Source: Candidatus Eiseniibacteriota bacterium (GTDB taxonomy: Bacteria; Eisenbacteria; RBG-16-71-46; JABDJR01; JAWXBZ01). From it: 43,346 nucleotides of DNA. Both the position numbers and the translations under genes were made by a program. Under the pieces are notes generated by a model. It had not been told where the DNA came from. It made no database searches and worked only from the letters and a program-made list of their open reading frames with translations. Positions 1-11,862 of this stretch are shown here, one piece after another (position 1 is the stretch's first letter; each line of letters starts with the position of its first letter). The DNA is taken from NCBI GenBank assembly GCA_034440375.1, contig JAWXBZ010000218.1, positions 1 through 43,346 on the forward strand, written 5' to 3'.

Positions 1-164
1 GCCACGGTCACATCGACGACGTAGTTGTGGCCGTGACCGCCCGGTGTGGCGCACTTGCCAAACAGCGCCTGATTCTCGGCATCGGAGAGGTCCGGGCGAA
101 ATAGCCGGTGCGCCGCGCAGAAACGGGCGCGGCGGGTCAGATGAACTTCCGGCTCATCCGACAA
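1..164 (-). CDS. 6-pyruvoyl-tetrahydropterin synthase / QueD-family protein (5' part only; runs off the left edge)
   Basis: Not in the ORF track; translated manually from TTG at 164 with GGAGG 6 nt upstream: (M)SDEPEVHLTRRARFCAAHRLFRPDLSDAENQALFGKCATPGGHGHNYVVDVTV. F-x-AAHRL and C-x5-HGHNY are PTPS motifs. Overlaps the alaX stop by 11 nt. Confidence 0.88.
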   Translation of the reverse strand, partial: MSDEPEVHLTRRARFCAAHRLFRPDLSDAENQALFGKCATPGGHGHNYVVDVTV

Positions 165-1404
165 CGAGCACCTCCCGGGCCGCTTGCCACAGGTCCTCGA
201 TGCGGGCGGTCGTGCCGGTCTGTCCCTGGGCCATTTCCGGACGACCGCCACCCTTGCCCCCGACCGCAGCCAGCGTCGTCTTCATCGCGCGCCCCATGTC
301 CTCGATACGATCGTCGGCCCGCGCGAAGACCAGCGCCGTCGAGCCGTCGCTCCCCGGGGCCGCGAGGAGCACGAGAACGCCAGGATGGGCGCGGAGGCGA
401 AGTGCCAGTGCCTTGAGGTCGTCCATGGCGAGGCCGGGGCGTTCGAGCTGGACAATTCGTTGCCCGTCGGCGGCGGCGGCGCATGTGGCGAGAATCTCGG
501 CGGCTTCGCGGTCGAGCCGATCCTCCTCCAATATCTTGAGCCGGCGACGCGCCTCCCGGTGCTCCTCCTCGAGTCGTTCGATGGAGGCGCCGAGGTTCTT
601 GCCGAGGGTGGAAAATCGTGCCGCCGTGCCGCGAATCAACTCGTGCTTCCAGGCGTAGTCGGTCAGGGCCCGCCGGCCGCAGACGAACTCGACGCGGACC
701 CCCTGCTTCACGCTTGTCGTGCCGAGGATCTTGATCGGGCCGATTCGGCCCGTCGACGCCACATGCGTGCCGCCACAGGCCGACCAGTCGTATCCTTCGA
801 TTTCCACGATGCGGATGTCCCCCTCCACCACCGGCGGCTTTCGCAGTGGAAAACGGTGGATCTCCGCCGTCGTGGTCCAGTGAATGATGATCGGACGATC
901 CTCCATGACGATGTCATTGGCCCGCTGCTCGGCGCGAACAAGCTGTTCGGGGGTCACTTCTCCCCGGGAAAGATCGATCGTGACGCTATCGACACCGAGG
1001 TGAAATGAGACCGTTTCAGCCATGGACGTTTCGATGAACGCCTGCGACAGGACATGCTGACCCGTGTGCTGCTGCGTGTGGTCGATCCGCCGATCTCGAT
1101 CGATGGCGCCGATCATCGGCGCGCCGATCAAGGGCAGTGCCCCCGCTTCCACCACACGATGCCAGATGAAGCCATCCTCATCACGAACGTCGACAACCTC
1201 CAGGCTGGCCAGCCGGCCGACGTCGTGCGGTTGTCCACCGGCCGTGGCGTAGAAGGCGGTTTGGTCAAGCAGCAGTTCATGGCCGGGCGGGTGGTTGGTC
1301 GAGGCCGGTGCCGGGCGCCGCTCGACCAGTGTCGCTTCGAATTCGGCGAGAGTGGCATCCTCATGATACAGGCGCCGGGTGACGGGACGGCTCGGGTTCG
1401 ACAT
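154..1404 (-). CDS. Stand-alone alanyl-tRNA editing protein (AlaX-type, with C-terminal DHHA1/C-Ala domain)
   Basis: TRRLYHED, LDQTAFYATAGGQPHDVG, Zn motifs HTGQH and CGGTH, C-terminal GGKGGG. No AlaRS aminoacylation domain. Start moved to ATG 1404. Confidence 0.88.
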   Translation of the reverse strand: MSNPSRPVTRRLYHEDATLAEFEATLVERRPAPASTNHPPGHELLLDQTAFYATAGGQPHDVGRLASLEVVDVRDEDGFIWHRVVEAGALPLIGAPMIGAIDRDRRIDHTQQHTGQHVLSQAFIETSMAETVSFHLGVDSVTIDLSRGEVTPEQLVRAEQRANDIVMEDRPIIIHWTTTAEIHRFPLRKPPVVEGDIRIVEIEGYDWSACGGTHVASTGRIGPIKILGTTSVKQGVRVEFVCGRRALTDYAWKHELIRGTAARFSTLGKNLGASIERLEEEHREARRRLKILEEDRLDREAAEILATCAAAADGQRIVQLERPGLAMDDLKALALRLRAHPGVLVLLAAPGSDGSTALVFARADDRIEDMGRAMKTTLAAVGGKGGGRPEMAQGQTGTTARIEDLWQAAREVLVVG

Positions 1405-1472
1405 GATTACTGCAGTATAGTAGGCGGGGCCGAACGGCCCCAGAAGAGGCAATCCGGCAACTTGAGGAAACA

Positions 1473-1922
1473 TTGGACGACTTTTCGAGATTTGAGACGC
1501 CGATCCGGGTCCGCTACTCGGAAACCGACCAGATGGGGCAGGCCTACTATGCCAATTACCTGGTCTGGTTCGAGGCCGCCCGCGGCCACCTGATGCGGGA
1601 GCTGGGCCTCCCCTACGGCCGCCTGGAGGAGGCGGGTTTCCTGCTTCCCGTGACTCGATTCAGTGCCCGACTTGTTCTGCCGGCCCGCTACGACGAGGAA
1701 CTTCACGTGCGGCTGTGGATCCCGGCGGCGCGGAGTCGCGGAGTCGAATTCATCTATCAGGTCCGGCGCCAGAACGACGTTCTGGCCGGGGGCAGCACTC
1801 ATCATGTCAGCGTCGACCGCTCCGGCCGACCGGTGCGCCTGCCCGATCAGGCCCTGGCTCTGTTGCGCGCTTACCAGAACCGCTGGCCGGTCCCCGGTGG
1901 GAGCACCTACGATCCGATCTGA
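1473..1922 (+). CDS. Acyl-CoA thioesterase, YbgC/4HBT hotdog family
   Basis: RVRYSETDQMGQAYYANYLVWFEAAR motif; TTG start preceded by GAGGAA. Confidence 0.88.
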   Translation: MDDFSRFETPIRVRYSETDQMGQAYYANYLVWFEAARGHLMRELGLPYGRLEEAGFLLPVTRFSARLVLPARYDEELHVRLWIPAARSRGVEFIYQVRRQNDVLAGGSTHHVSVDRSGRPVRLPDQALALLRAYQNRWPVPGGSTYDPI

Positions 1923-2335
1923 ACCTCCCGAAGTACCTGGGCGGCCAACCGATGGGCCACATCGCACTGTGCATCCTCGATCAGGCACTGATCGATCGTG
2001 TGCGGGCAGCCGCAGGTGCAGCGCTCGGTCTTCAGACGCCGGAGGAACTGATTGGATTCAGCGTCGTTGACATCGCCGATCGAAACTTGAAGGTATCCGC
2101 CTTCGCGCGGGATGTCGTCGCGCGTGAAGACAAGATTGGCCGGCAGTGTCGGCACCGGCAAGGCGGTCTGATTCATGCCACCCGCCGTATCGGACAGGAT
2201 CCTGGTGATGTTGTCCTGATCCTTCCGGCTCACCTGCTCGACGGCATCGGTTTTCTTGCCCTCCTGGCAGCCAAGGATGCCGAGGACGAGGGCGCAGCAG
2301 GCGGCCAGGAGGCGGGTCCGATGGTCTTGATTCAT
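1907..2335 (-). CDS. Putative lipoprotein with a C-terminal five-cysteine CTCGC-x6-C-x6-C motif
   Basis: N-terminal hydrophobic stretch ending ILGC (lipobox-like); C-terminal RCTCGCPHTIDQCLIEDAQCDVA; GGAAGGA upstream of ATG 2335. Confidence 0.65.
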   Translation of the reverse strand: MNQDHRTRLLAACCALVLGILGCQEGKKTDAVEQVSRKDQDNITRILSDTAGGMNQTALPVPTLPANLVFTRDDIPREGGYLQVSIGDVNDAESNQFLRRLKTERCTCGCPHTIDQCLIEDAQCDVAHRLAAQVLREVQIGS

Positions 2336-2419
2336 CACGTGCGAATTCCTTCCGGGCATGATTTGGAGTCGATCAGCATGGGCCGACAATGATACCAGAA
2401 GTTCCGGCAGCGGTTCTTC

Positions 2420-2448
2420 TTGGAGTCGACCCGTTGGAGTGCTAGGTT
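2420..2448 (+). promoter_or_regulatory. Putative sigma70-type promoter giving a leaderless HIT mRNA
   Basis: TTGGAG (2420-2425), 17 nt, TAGGTT (2443-2448) with extended TGn; ATG follows 6 nt later with no SD. Confidence 0.45.
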
Positions 2449-2454
2449 TCTTGG

Positions 2455-2799
2455 ATGGACGAGTGCCTCTTCTGTCGGATTGCCGTCGGAACAGTTCCGG
2501 CAAAAGTTGTGTTCGCCGACGAGGAGTTTGTGGCCTTCGAAGATATCCAGCCCCAGGCTCCCGTTCACCTGCTCCTCATTCCACGCCGGCACCTCCCGGG
2601 CCTCAACGATCTGGCGCCCGACGATGACGCGCTTTTCGGTCGGCTTGGCCTCCTGGCCCGGCGACTCGCCCACGAGCGGGGCCTCGCCGAGGCCGGCTAC
2701 CGGATCGTGGTGAACTCCGGCCCCGACGCGGGGCAGTCGGTCTTTCATCTCCATCTCCATCTGTTGGGGGGGCGGCCACTTGGTTGGCCACCCGGCTGA
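2455..2799 (+). CDS. hinT: Histidine triad (HIT/Hint) nucleotide-binding protein
   Basis: CLFCRI, FEDIQPQAPVHLLLIP, GQSVFHLHLHLLGGR..WPPG. Confidence 0.93.
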   Translation: MDECLFCRIAVGTVPAKVVFADEEFVAFEDIQPQAPVHLLLIPRRHLPGLNDLAPDDDALFGRLGLLARRLAHERGLAEAGYRIVVNSGPDAGQSVFHLHLHLLGGRPLGWPPG

Positions 2800-3003
2800 G
2801 GCCTCCGCCGTGCGGATCAAAATCAAGCGGCAGCGGTCGAAGTTCGCCCGGGCCGAGGGGCCAAAGGTATGCCGGCCGGCCGGTGCTGCACCCGTCGGGG
2901 CATCAAATTCTCCCGGTCGAAATCGTTGCCAGTCGGAAAGATACCGTGCCGGGCCCACGCCGACCCCCCATTGCGCCCCCGGCGGCCCGATCCTTGCGTA
3001 TTC

Positions 3004-3030
3004 GGAACTTTGCGTTAATCGACTGGTCTT
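3004..3030 (+). promoter_or_regulatory. Candidate ECF (sigmaE-like) promoter upstream of prkA
   Basis: GGAACTT (3004-3010), 15 nt, GTCTT (3026-3030). An overlapping TTGCGT-18-TATCTT sigma70-like reading is also possible. Confidence 0.3.
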
Positions 3031-3123
3031 CCATATCTTGAATTCAGGGGACCGGTTAACGCCACCCAATGCCAGCCGGACGGCGTCCGCCGGGGCGGGC
3101 CATGGAATCAGGGGGATGTGGAA

Positions 3124-5172
<2,049 letters not shown>

Positions 5173-5209
5173 TCCGGCCCACACCCGCGCAATCGTCGGA
5201 GAGTACGAA

Positions 5210-6310
5210 ATGGTCCTCCGCGTCGACCAGGATCACCACCGTTTCCGCGAGATTATCCGCGGCAGGATTCGCCGGGAGCTTAAGAAATACATCGCCCAGG
5301 GTGACATGGTCGGGCGCCAGGGGCAGAAGCTGATCTCGATCCCCGTTCCAAGCGTCGACCTCCCCCACTTCCGCCTGGGCAAGAACCCGGGGGGTGTCGG
5401 CCAGGGCGAGGGGAACGCGGGCGATCCGGTCGGCAAGGGTGACGAGAGCGAGGTCGGGCAGGCCGGCGACCAGCCGGGTCATCACCTCCTCGAAGTCGAA
5501 CTCTCGCTGGACGAACTGGCGGCCCTCCTCGGCGAGGAACTGGAGCTGCCACGCATCGAACCGCGCGGCACCCGAAGCGTCGTCAGCGCGCGCGATCGTT
5601 ACCGCAGCGTGCGACGCACCGGCCCGGAGAGCCTCCGCCACTTCAAGCGCACCTACAAGAAAGCGCTGCGGCGGCAGATCGCCAGCGGCATCTACGATCC
5701 CGCGCGGCCGGTGATCATCCCGATCAAGGAGGACCGGGTTTATCGTTCCTGGAAGGACACCGAGGAACCGGAGTCGAGCGCGGTCATCGTCTACATGATG
5801 GACGTGTCGGGCTCCATGGGGGACGAGCAGAAGGAGATTGTCCGGATCGAAGCCTTCTGGATCGACACCTGGCTCCAGAGTCAGTACCGGCGCCTCGAGA
5901 CCCGCTACATCGTCCACGATGCCGCCGCGAAAATTGTCGACCGACACACCTTCTTTCACCTGCGCGAGTCCGGCGGCACGAAGATCTCCTCGGCGTACGA
6001 ACTGGCCGGACGACTCATCGACGAAGAGTTCTCACCGGCCGACTGGAACGTGTATCTCTTCCATTTTTCCGACGGCGACAACTGGGGTGGCGGCGACACC
6101 GAGGTGTGTCTGAAGCTCCTCGGCGAGACTCTGCTGCCGGCCGCCAATCTCTTCGCCTATGGTCAGGTTGAAAGCCCCTATGGCAGCGGGCAGTTCATCA
6201 AGGACCTGGAACAGAACCTGAGCGGCGCGGAGAACCTGGTCGTCAGCCGAATTCCGGGCAAGGACGCCATCTACGATTCGATCAAGCAGTTCCTGGGGAA
6301 GGGGCGATGA
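5210..6310 (+). CDS. yeaH: YeaH/YhbH (DUF444) vWA-domain protein
   Basis: DHHRFR N-terminus, GVGQGEG glycine stretch, MIDAS-like [27 protein letters not shown]; lies between prkA and spoVR. Confidence 0.9.
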   Translation: MVLRVDQDHHRFREIIRGRIRRELKKYIAQGDMVGRQGQKLISIPVPSVDLPHFRLGKNPGGVGQGEGNAGDPVGKGDESEVGQAGDQPGHHLLEVELSLDELAALLGEELELPRIEPRGTRSVVSARDRYRSVRRTGPESLRHFKRTYKKALRRQIASGIYDPARPVIIPIKEDRVYRSWKDTEEPESSAVIVYMMDVSGSMGDEQKEIVRIEAFWIDTWLQSQYRRLETRYIVHDAAAKIVDRHTFFHLRESGGTKISSAYELAGRLIDEEFSPADWNVYLFHFSDGDNWGGGDTEVCLKLLGETLLPAANLFAYGQVESPYGSGQFIKDLEQNLSGAENLVVSRIPGKDAIYDSIKQFLGKGR

Positions 6311-7794
6311 ACACCACCCAGCTCTCGCCGCTCCTGGCCCGGTGGGCGCAGAAGATCGAGGGGGTGGCGGCCTCGAACGGGCTCGATTTCTATCCGGTCA
6401 TCTTCGAGATGGTCGACTTCGAGACGATGAACGAGGTGGCCGCCTACGGGGGTTTTCCTACCCGATACCGTCACTGGCGCTGGGGCATGGAATACGAAAG
6501 CCTCTCCAAGGGGTATCGCTACGGCCTGTCGAAGATCTACGAGCTTGTCATCAACAACAACCCTTGTTACGCCTACCTGCTGGAATCGAACGCGGTGGTC
6601 GACCAGAAACTGGTCATGGCTCATGTCTACGCCCATTGCGATTTCTTCAAGAACAACATCAGCTTCAGCCGGACCAACCGAAAGATGATGGACGAGACCG
6701 CCAATCACGCCGCCCGCGTCGATCGCTACATCGGCGAAGTTGGCCTGGAGCGCGTCGAGTCCTTCCTGGACGCCTGCCTGACGATCGAGGACCTGGTCGA
6801 TCCGCACGCCCAGTTCATTCAGCGACGACGGGTCGTCCGTCCCGGGGGAGAGGATGAGCCGGCCACGGTTCGAAAGCTCCGCTCCAAGAGCTACATGGAC
6901 CCGTACATCAATCCGCCGAGCTTCATCGAAGCCCAGCAGGCGCGCCTGGACGAGGAAGCCCGGAAGATGCGGTCCTTTCCCGAGGAGCCGGAGCGAGATG
7001 TGCTGCTGTTCCTTATCGAACATGCGCCACTCGAACGCTGGCAGCGGGACATTCTCTCGATCATTCGCGAGGAGGCCTACTATTTCGCGCCGCAGGGGCA
7101 GACCAAGATCATGAATGAAGGGTGGGCCAGCTTCTGGCACTCGCGCATGATGACCGAGAAGCTGCTGGCCGTGGAGGAACTGATCGATTATGCGGACCAC
7201 CACTCCGGCACGGTGGCCACGAGCCCCGGTCGTCTGAATCCGTACAAGCTGGGCATCGAACTTTTTCGTGACATTGAAGAGCGCTGGAACAAGGGGCGTT
7301 TCGGCAAGGAGTACGAAGAGTGCGATTCGTGGGATCGAAAGCGTAGCTGGGACACCGGTCTCGGCAAGGGACGGGAAAAGATCTTCGAGGTGCGCAAGAT
7401 CCATAACGACGTCACCTTCATCGACTCGTTTCTGACCGAGGAGTTCTGCCGCCGCCAGAAACTCTTCACCTTTGCCATGAACGACAAGAGCCAGGGCTAC
7501 GAAATTGAAAGCCGCGAATTCATGAAGGTGCGCGAGACGCTCCTCTTCCAGCTCACCAACCACGGCCGCCCGTTCATTTATGTCAAGGACGGCAACTTCC
7601 GAAACCGTGGCGAGCTGCTCCTCTGGCATCGGTACGAGGCGGCCGAGCTGAAACGGGACTACGCCGAGGACACCCTGCGGAACCTCGAGATGATCTGGGG
7701 ACGCCCGGTGCATGTGGAAACGATCATGAGCGAGTCCAGCACCCTGATCTCGTGTGCCGGCGGCGAACTGCTCGAGAGCGAAATCGTCGCTTAG
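6307..7794 (+). CDS. spoVR: SpoVR/YcgB-family protein
   Basis: [62 protein letters not shown] overlap with yeaH. Confidence 0.93.
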   Translation: MNTTQLSPLLARWAQKIEGVAASNGLDFYPVIFEMVDFETMNEVAAYGGFPTRYRHWRWGMEYESLSKGYRYGLSKIYELVINNNPCYAYLLESNAVVDQKLVMAHVYAHCDFFKNNISFSRTNRKMMDETANHAARVDRYIGEVGLERVESFLDACLTIEDLVDPHAQFIQRRRVVRPGGEDEPATVRKLRSKSYMDPYINPPSFIEAQQARLDEEARKMRSFPEEPERDVLLFLIEHAPLERWQRDILSIIREEAYYFAPQGQTKIMNEGWASFWHSRMMTEKLLAVEELIDYADHHSGTVATSPGRLNPYKLGIELFRDIEERWNKGRFGKEYEECDSWDRKRSWDTGLGKGREKIFEVRKIHNDVTFIDSFLTEEFCRRQKLFTFAMNDKSQGYEIESREFMKVRETLLFQLTNHGRPFIYVKDGNFRNRGELLLWHRYEAAELKRDYAEDTLRNLEMIWGRPVHVETIMSESSTLISCAGGELLESEIVA

Positions 7795-7825
7795 GGGCCG
7801 CCCGCCATCGCCGACCGGTTCTTTG

Positions 7826-7854
7826 TTGACTTCCACAACGGGTCCACCTACCTT
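7826..7854 (+). promoter_or_regulatory. Putative sigma70 promoter for the GT2-DHS-TMTC cluster
   Basis: TTGACT (7826-7831), 17 nt, TACCTT (7849-7854) in the intergenic region. Confidence 0.5.
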
Positions 7855-7919
7855 AACCTGCTCTCCACCAACGCTTTCCTCCGGCAGCGACCGCCGGTTC
7901 GGTCCCCGATGGAGGTTCC

Positions 7920-8609
7920 CTGAAACTCTCGATCCTGATACCGGCCTACAATGAGGAAGCCACGATCGAGGCGGTGCTGGATGCCGTCCTGGCGGTGGAT
8001 CTACCCGGCACGACCGGCCGGGAGATTGTCGTGGTGGACGACGCCTCGACCGACCGGACCGCCGCCATTCTCGCGCGGCGCGCCTCCGATATCATCCGGG
8101 TGTTCCGACAGGATCGGAACCGGGGAAAAGGCTCGGCCATTCGCAGAGCCATCGCCGAGGCAACGGGCGACATCTGCATCATCCAGGACGCCGACCTCGA
8201 GTATGACCCGCGTGATTTTCCCCTGCTCCTCGTTCCGATTCTCGAACGGGGGGCCGACGCCGTTTATGGCAGTCGCTTCACCGGCAGCCACCGCGTATTC
8301 CTTTACTGGCACTTCATGGCCAACAAGTCGCTGACCTGGCTGGTCAACATCCTGTACGACACGATGCTGACCGACATGGAGACGGGCTACAAGGCCATTC
8401 GGACGCCCATTCTGCGGGAGATGCGTCTCAAGTCAAACACCTTCGACATTGAGCCTGAGATCACCGCCAAGCTGTTCAAGAAGCGACGAAAGGTCTTCGA
8501 GGTTCCGATCAGCTACAATGGCCGGTCGTATGCCGAAGGCAAGAAGATCGGATTGAAAGATGCTTTTATCGCCCTCTGGGCAATATTCCGGTTCCGATTC
8601 AGCGACTAG
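7920..8609 (+). CDS. Glycosyltransferase family 2 (DPM1/polyprenol-phosphate glycosyltransferase-like), probable CTG start
   Basis: (M)[45 protein letters not shown]. The N-terminal motif lies upstream of the ORF-track start 7974, and an in-frame stop is at 7854. Confidence 0.88.
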   Translation: MKLSILIPAYNEEATIEAVLDAVLAVDLPGTTGREIVVVDDASTDRTAAILARRASDIIRVFRQDRNRGKGSAIRRAIAEATGDICIIQDADLEYDPRDFPLLLVPILERGADAVYGSRFTGSHRVFLYWHFMANKSLTWLVNILYDTMLTDMETGYKAIRTPILREMRLKSNTFDIEPEITAKLFKKRRKVFEVPISYNGRSYAEGKKIGLKDAFIALWAIFRFRFSD

Positions 8610-8621
8610 TGCGGGGCTAAA

Positions 8622-9752
8622 ATGAGCGAACTTTCCAGGTATCTTCAGGGGCCTCGGATTGCCCCGAAACCGATCACCGCCGGCATGCGCGCTGATGAAC
8701 TCATCGATTCCACTTTCTTCGCGTACAACGCCGGCAAGCTGGCCCGCGGCTGTCGCCTGTTCGTCGAGAAGATGCTGGTCGACGATTCAACCGTGGGGCT
8801 TTCGATCGCCGGGGCCATGACGCCGGCCGGGCTCGGCGTATCGACGCTTTCGCCATTGATCCAGGCCGGCTTCGTCGACTGGATCATCTCGACGGGCGCC
8901 AACCTGTACCACGACGCCCACTTCGGCCTCGGATTAGCCCTGCACCAGGGAAGCTCGGAATGGGATGACACCAAGCTCCTTGAGGACGGCGTCATTCGGA
9001 TCTACGACGTCGTTTTCCCGTATGACGTCCTGCTTTCCACCGACGCCTTCATCCGGCGGATCCTCGAGGAGCCGCCTTTCCAGAAGCCGATGGGGACCGC
9101 TGAGCTTCACTACCTGATGGGCCAGTACCTGGCCGAACGGGAGGATCGGCTCGGCATCCAGGACACCTGCCTCCTGACCGTGGCCTACCGGGCCGGTGTG
9201 CCGATCTACGTCTCGTCGCCGGGCGATTCCTCGATCGGCATGAACGTGGCGGCCCTGTGGCTGGAGAGTAAAGGGCCGACGATTGACGTCAGCCGTGATG
9301 TGAACGAGACGGCGGCCATTGTCTATGACGCCAAACGGCGCGGCGGACAGAGCGCGGTGCTGATCTTCGGCGGCGGAAGCCCCAAGAACTTTCTCCTGCA
9401 GACCGAACCGCAGATCCAGGAAGTGTTGGGCCTTCCCGAGGCGGGTCATGACTACTTCCTCCAGTTCACGGACGCGCGGCCCGATACCGGCGGCCTTTCC
9501 GGCGCCACCCCGGCCGAGGCCGTGTCGTGGGGCAAGATCGACCCGTCCAAGCTTCCGGACTCGGTGGTGGTGTATACCGACAGCACGATCGGCGCTCCGC
9601 TGTTGACCGCCTATGCGCTCAGTCGCCGGGCGCCACGCCCGCTCAAGCGGCTGTTCGATCGTCGGGATGACCTGATCGGCCGGCTGCGCGCGGACTACCA
9701 GTCCCGACGTGCCGGAAACCTGGAATCGGGCAAGCGCGGGCCGAAGGAGTAG
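8622..9752 (+). CDS. Deoxyhypusine synthase-like protein (probable homospermidine synthase, SpeY-type)
   Basis: [52 protein letters not shown] with the catalytic Lys. Confidence 0.88.
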   Translation: MSELSRYLQGPRIAPKPITAGMRADELIDSTFFAYNAGKLARGCRLFVEKMLVDDSTVGLSIAGAMTPAGLGVSTLSPLIQAGFVDWIISTGANLYHDAHFGLGLALHQGSSEWDDTKLLEDGVIRIYDVVFPYDVLLSTDAFIRRILEEPPFQKPMGTAELHYLMGQYLAEREDRLGIQDTCLLTVAYRAGVPIYVSSPGDSSIGMNVAALWLESKGPTIDVSRDVNETAAIVYDAKRRGGQSAVLIFGGGSPKNFLLQTEPQIQEVLGLPEAGHDYFLQFTDARPDTGGLSGATPAEAVSWGKIDPSKLPDSVVVYTDSTIGAPLLTAYALSRRAPRPLKRLFDRRDDLIGRLRADYQSRRAGNLESGKRGPKE

Positions 9753-9757
9753 CGCTC

Positions 9758-11844
9758 GTGGGTGCTTCGATGCCGGCCTCGGGTCGTTCGACCTCAAATT
9801 TTCCCGAGCCGTTGGTCCTCGCGGCCATCCTCCTTGGAGCCCTGATCGTCGTCTACTTCCCGGCGATCGGCGGGCAGTTCCTCTGGGACGATGACGCTCA
9901 TGTCACCGCGCCGGCGCTGCGTTCCCTCCCCGGCCTCTACCGCATCTGGTTCGACCTCGGAGCGACCCAGCAGTACTATCCGCTTATCCACACCATTTTC
10001 TGGATACAACATCGACTCTGGGGCGACTGGGTATCGGGCTATCACCTGGTCGGCATCCTGCTTCACGCCGTCAACGCACTTCTCGTCTACGCCGTGTTGC
10101 GGCGGCTCTTGATCACGGCCCCGACGGCGGCGCTGGCCGCCCTGGTCTGGGCGCTGCATCCGGTCATGGTCGAATCGGTGGCCTGGATCACCGAGCAGAA
10201 AAACACCCTGTCGGGCGCGTGCTACCTGGGCGCCCTGTACGTCTGGCTCAAGTTCGACGATTCCCGCCGCCCGCGGGACTACCTGCTGGCCTCCGCGCTC
10301 TTCCTGTCGGCCCTCCTATGCAAGACAGTCACCGCCTCGCTTCCTGCCGCCATCCTGGTTGTGCTGTGGTGGAAACGGGGCGCCCTTTCGATCCGGCGCG
10401 ATGTCCTGCCGCTCATTCCATGGTTCGTGCTGGGAGCCGCGGCCGGGCTGTTGACCGCCTGGGTGGAAACCCACGTGATAGGGGCCCACGGATCGGCCTA
10501 TGACCTGAGCCTTCTTTCACGGAGCCTGCTGGCGGGTCGGATCATCTGGTTTTACCTCGGCAAACTGCTCTGGCCATGGAATCTGATCTTCATCTATCCC
10601 CGATGGATAATCGATCCGGGGCTCTGGTGGCACTGGATATTCCCGATGGGTGCCGTCGCGCTGGTCATGGCCCTCTGGATTTTCCGCGCCCGCCTTCGGG
10701 GAATGCTGGCGGGTTCCTGTTTTTTGTCGGCACCCTCTTTCCGGTCCTCGGATTTCTGAATGTCTATCCGTTTCAATTCTCCTACGTGGCGGATCACTTC
10801 CAGTACCTGGCCAGCCTTGGAATTCTGGTGCCGGTGTCGGTTTTGGCGACGCAACTCCTCCCGCGGCTTCCGGCGGTGGGGCAACGCCTGGGTCTGGCCA
10901 CCGGTTTGGCGCTGCTCGTGGTGCTCGGCCTCCTGACCTGGTCACAGACCCAACGGTACCGCGACATGGAGACGCTTTTCGGTGATGTCCTCAAGCGGAA
11001 TCCGGGCTCGTGGATGGCCCATGTTCACATGGGCACCATCAGGCAGTCGGAGGGGCGTGTCGACGAGGCGATGACTCACTTCCAGACGGCGACGACAATC
11101 AATCCCGATTATTTCGGCGCCCACATCAACATGGGAAATATCCACATGCAGGATGGGCGGACACTCCAGGCCGTCAAAGCGTATGATCGGGCTGTTCGCT
11201 TGAATCCGAAGGACCCTCTGTCTCACTACTCGCTGGGCGCCGCCCTGGCCCGGCTGGGGCGCTCGGACGAAGCGATCGACCACTACGAGCAGTCGCTCCA
11301 GCTTGGGATTGGTCCGGCTCTCGAGTCCGACGCGCGACTCGGTTTGGGGCTGGCGCTGGTGAGCCAGAATCGACCCGTGGAAGCGATCCCTCAACTGGAG
11401 TCGGCCCTGGCGCGGCGCCCCGTCGATCCGGAAGCCCATTGCGGCCTGGCACTCCTGCTCCTTTCGCAGGGAGAGTCGGGCAAAGCGGCCGGCCATTTCG
11501 AACAGGCCGTGCAATATCGACCCGATTACCCGGAGGCGTTGAACGGCCTGGCCTGGATTCGTGCCACCGACGCCAATCCGGCAAACCGGAGTGGGGCTCT
11601 GGCCGTTCGACTGGCCCGACGCGCCGTGGAGTTGACGGGCGGCCAGAACCCCTACTATCTGGACACGCTCGCTGCCGCCCATGCGGAGGCGGGTTCGTTT
11701 CCCGAAGCCCTGGCCGCGGGCGAGCGAGCGCTGGAGCTGTCCCGCGCCGGCGGTCTATCGGATCTGGAGGAACAGATCCAGGACCACCTGTCCGACTACC
11801 AGGCCAACCGGAAATTATCGGTGCCCCCGGTGGGGGACCGCTGA
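9758..11844 (+). pseudogene. TMTC-like GT-C membrane glycosyltransferase with C-terminal TPRs, split by a 1-nt frameshift near 10712 (pseudogene or sequencing error)
   Basis: ORF 9758-10759 has FLWDDDAHV, QYYPL, HPVMVESVAWITEQKN, ALLCK. ORF 10576-11844 continues FLFFVGTLFPVLGF...VADHFQYLA plus TPRs. Adding one base in GCG GG- TTC joins them into about 695 aa. Confidence 0.82.
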
Positions 11845-11862
11845 ACCGCGGCCATCAATCCC

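Noticed and set aside
6307-7794. spoVR/prkA as evidence of sporulation
   Set aside because: These families are widespread in non-sporulating bacteria, and no other sporulation genes are present.
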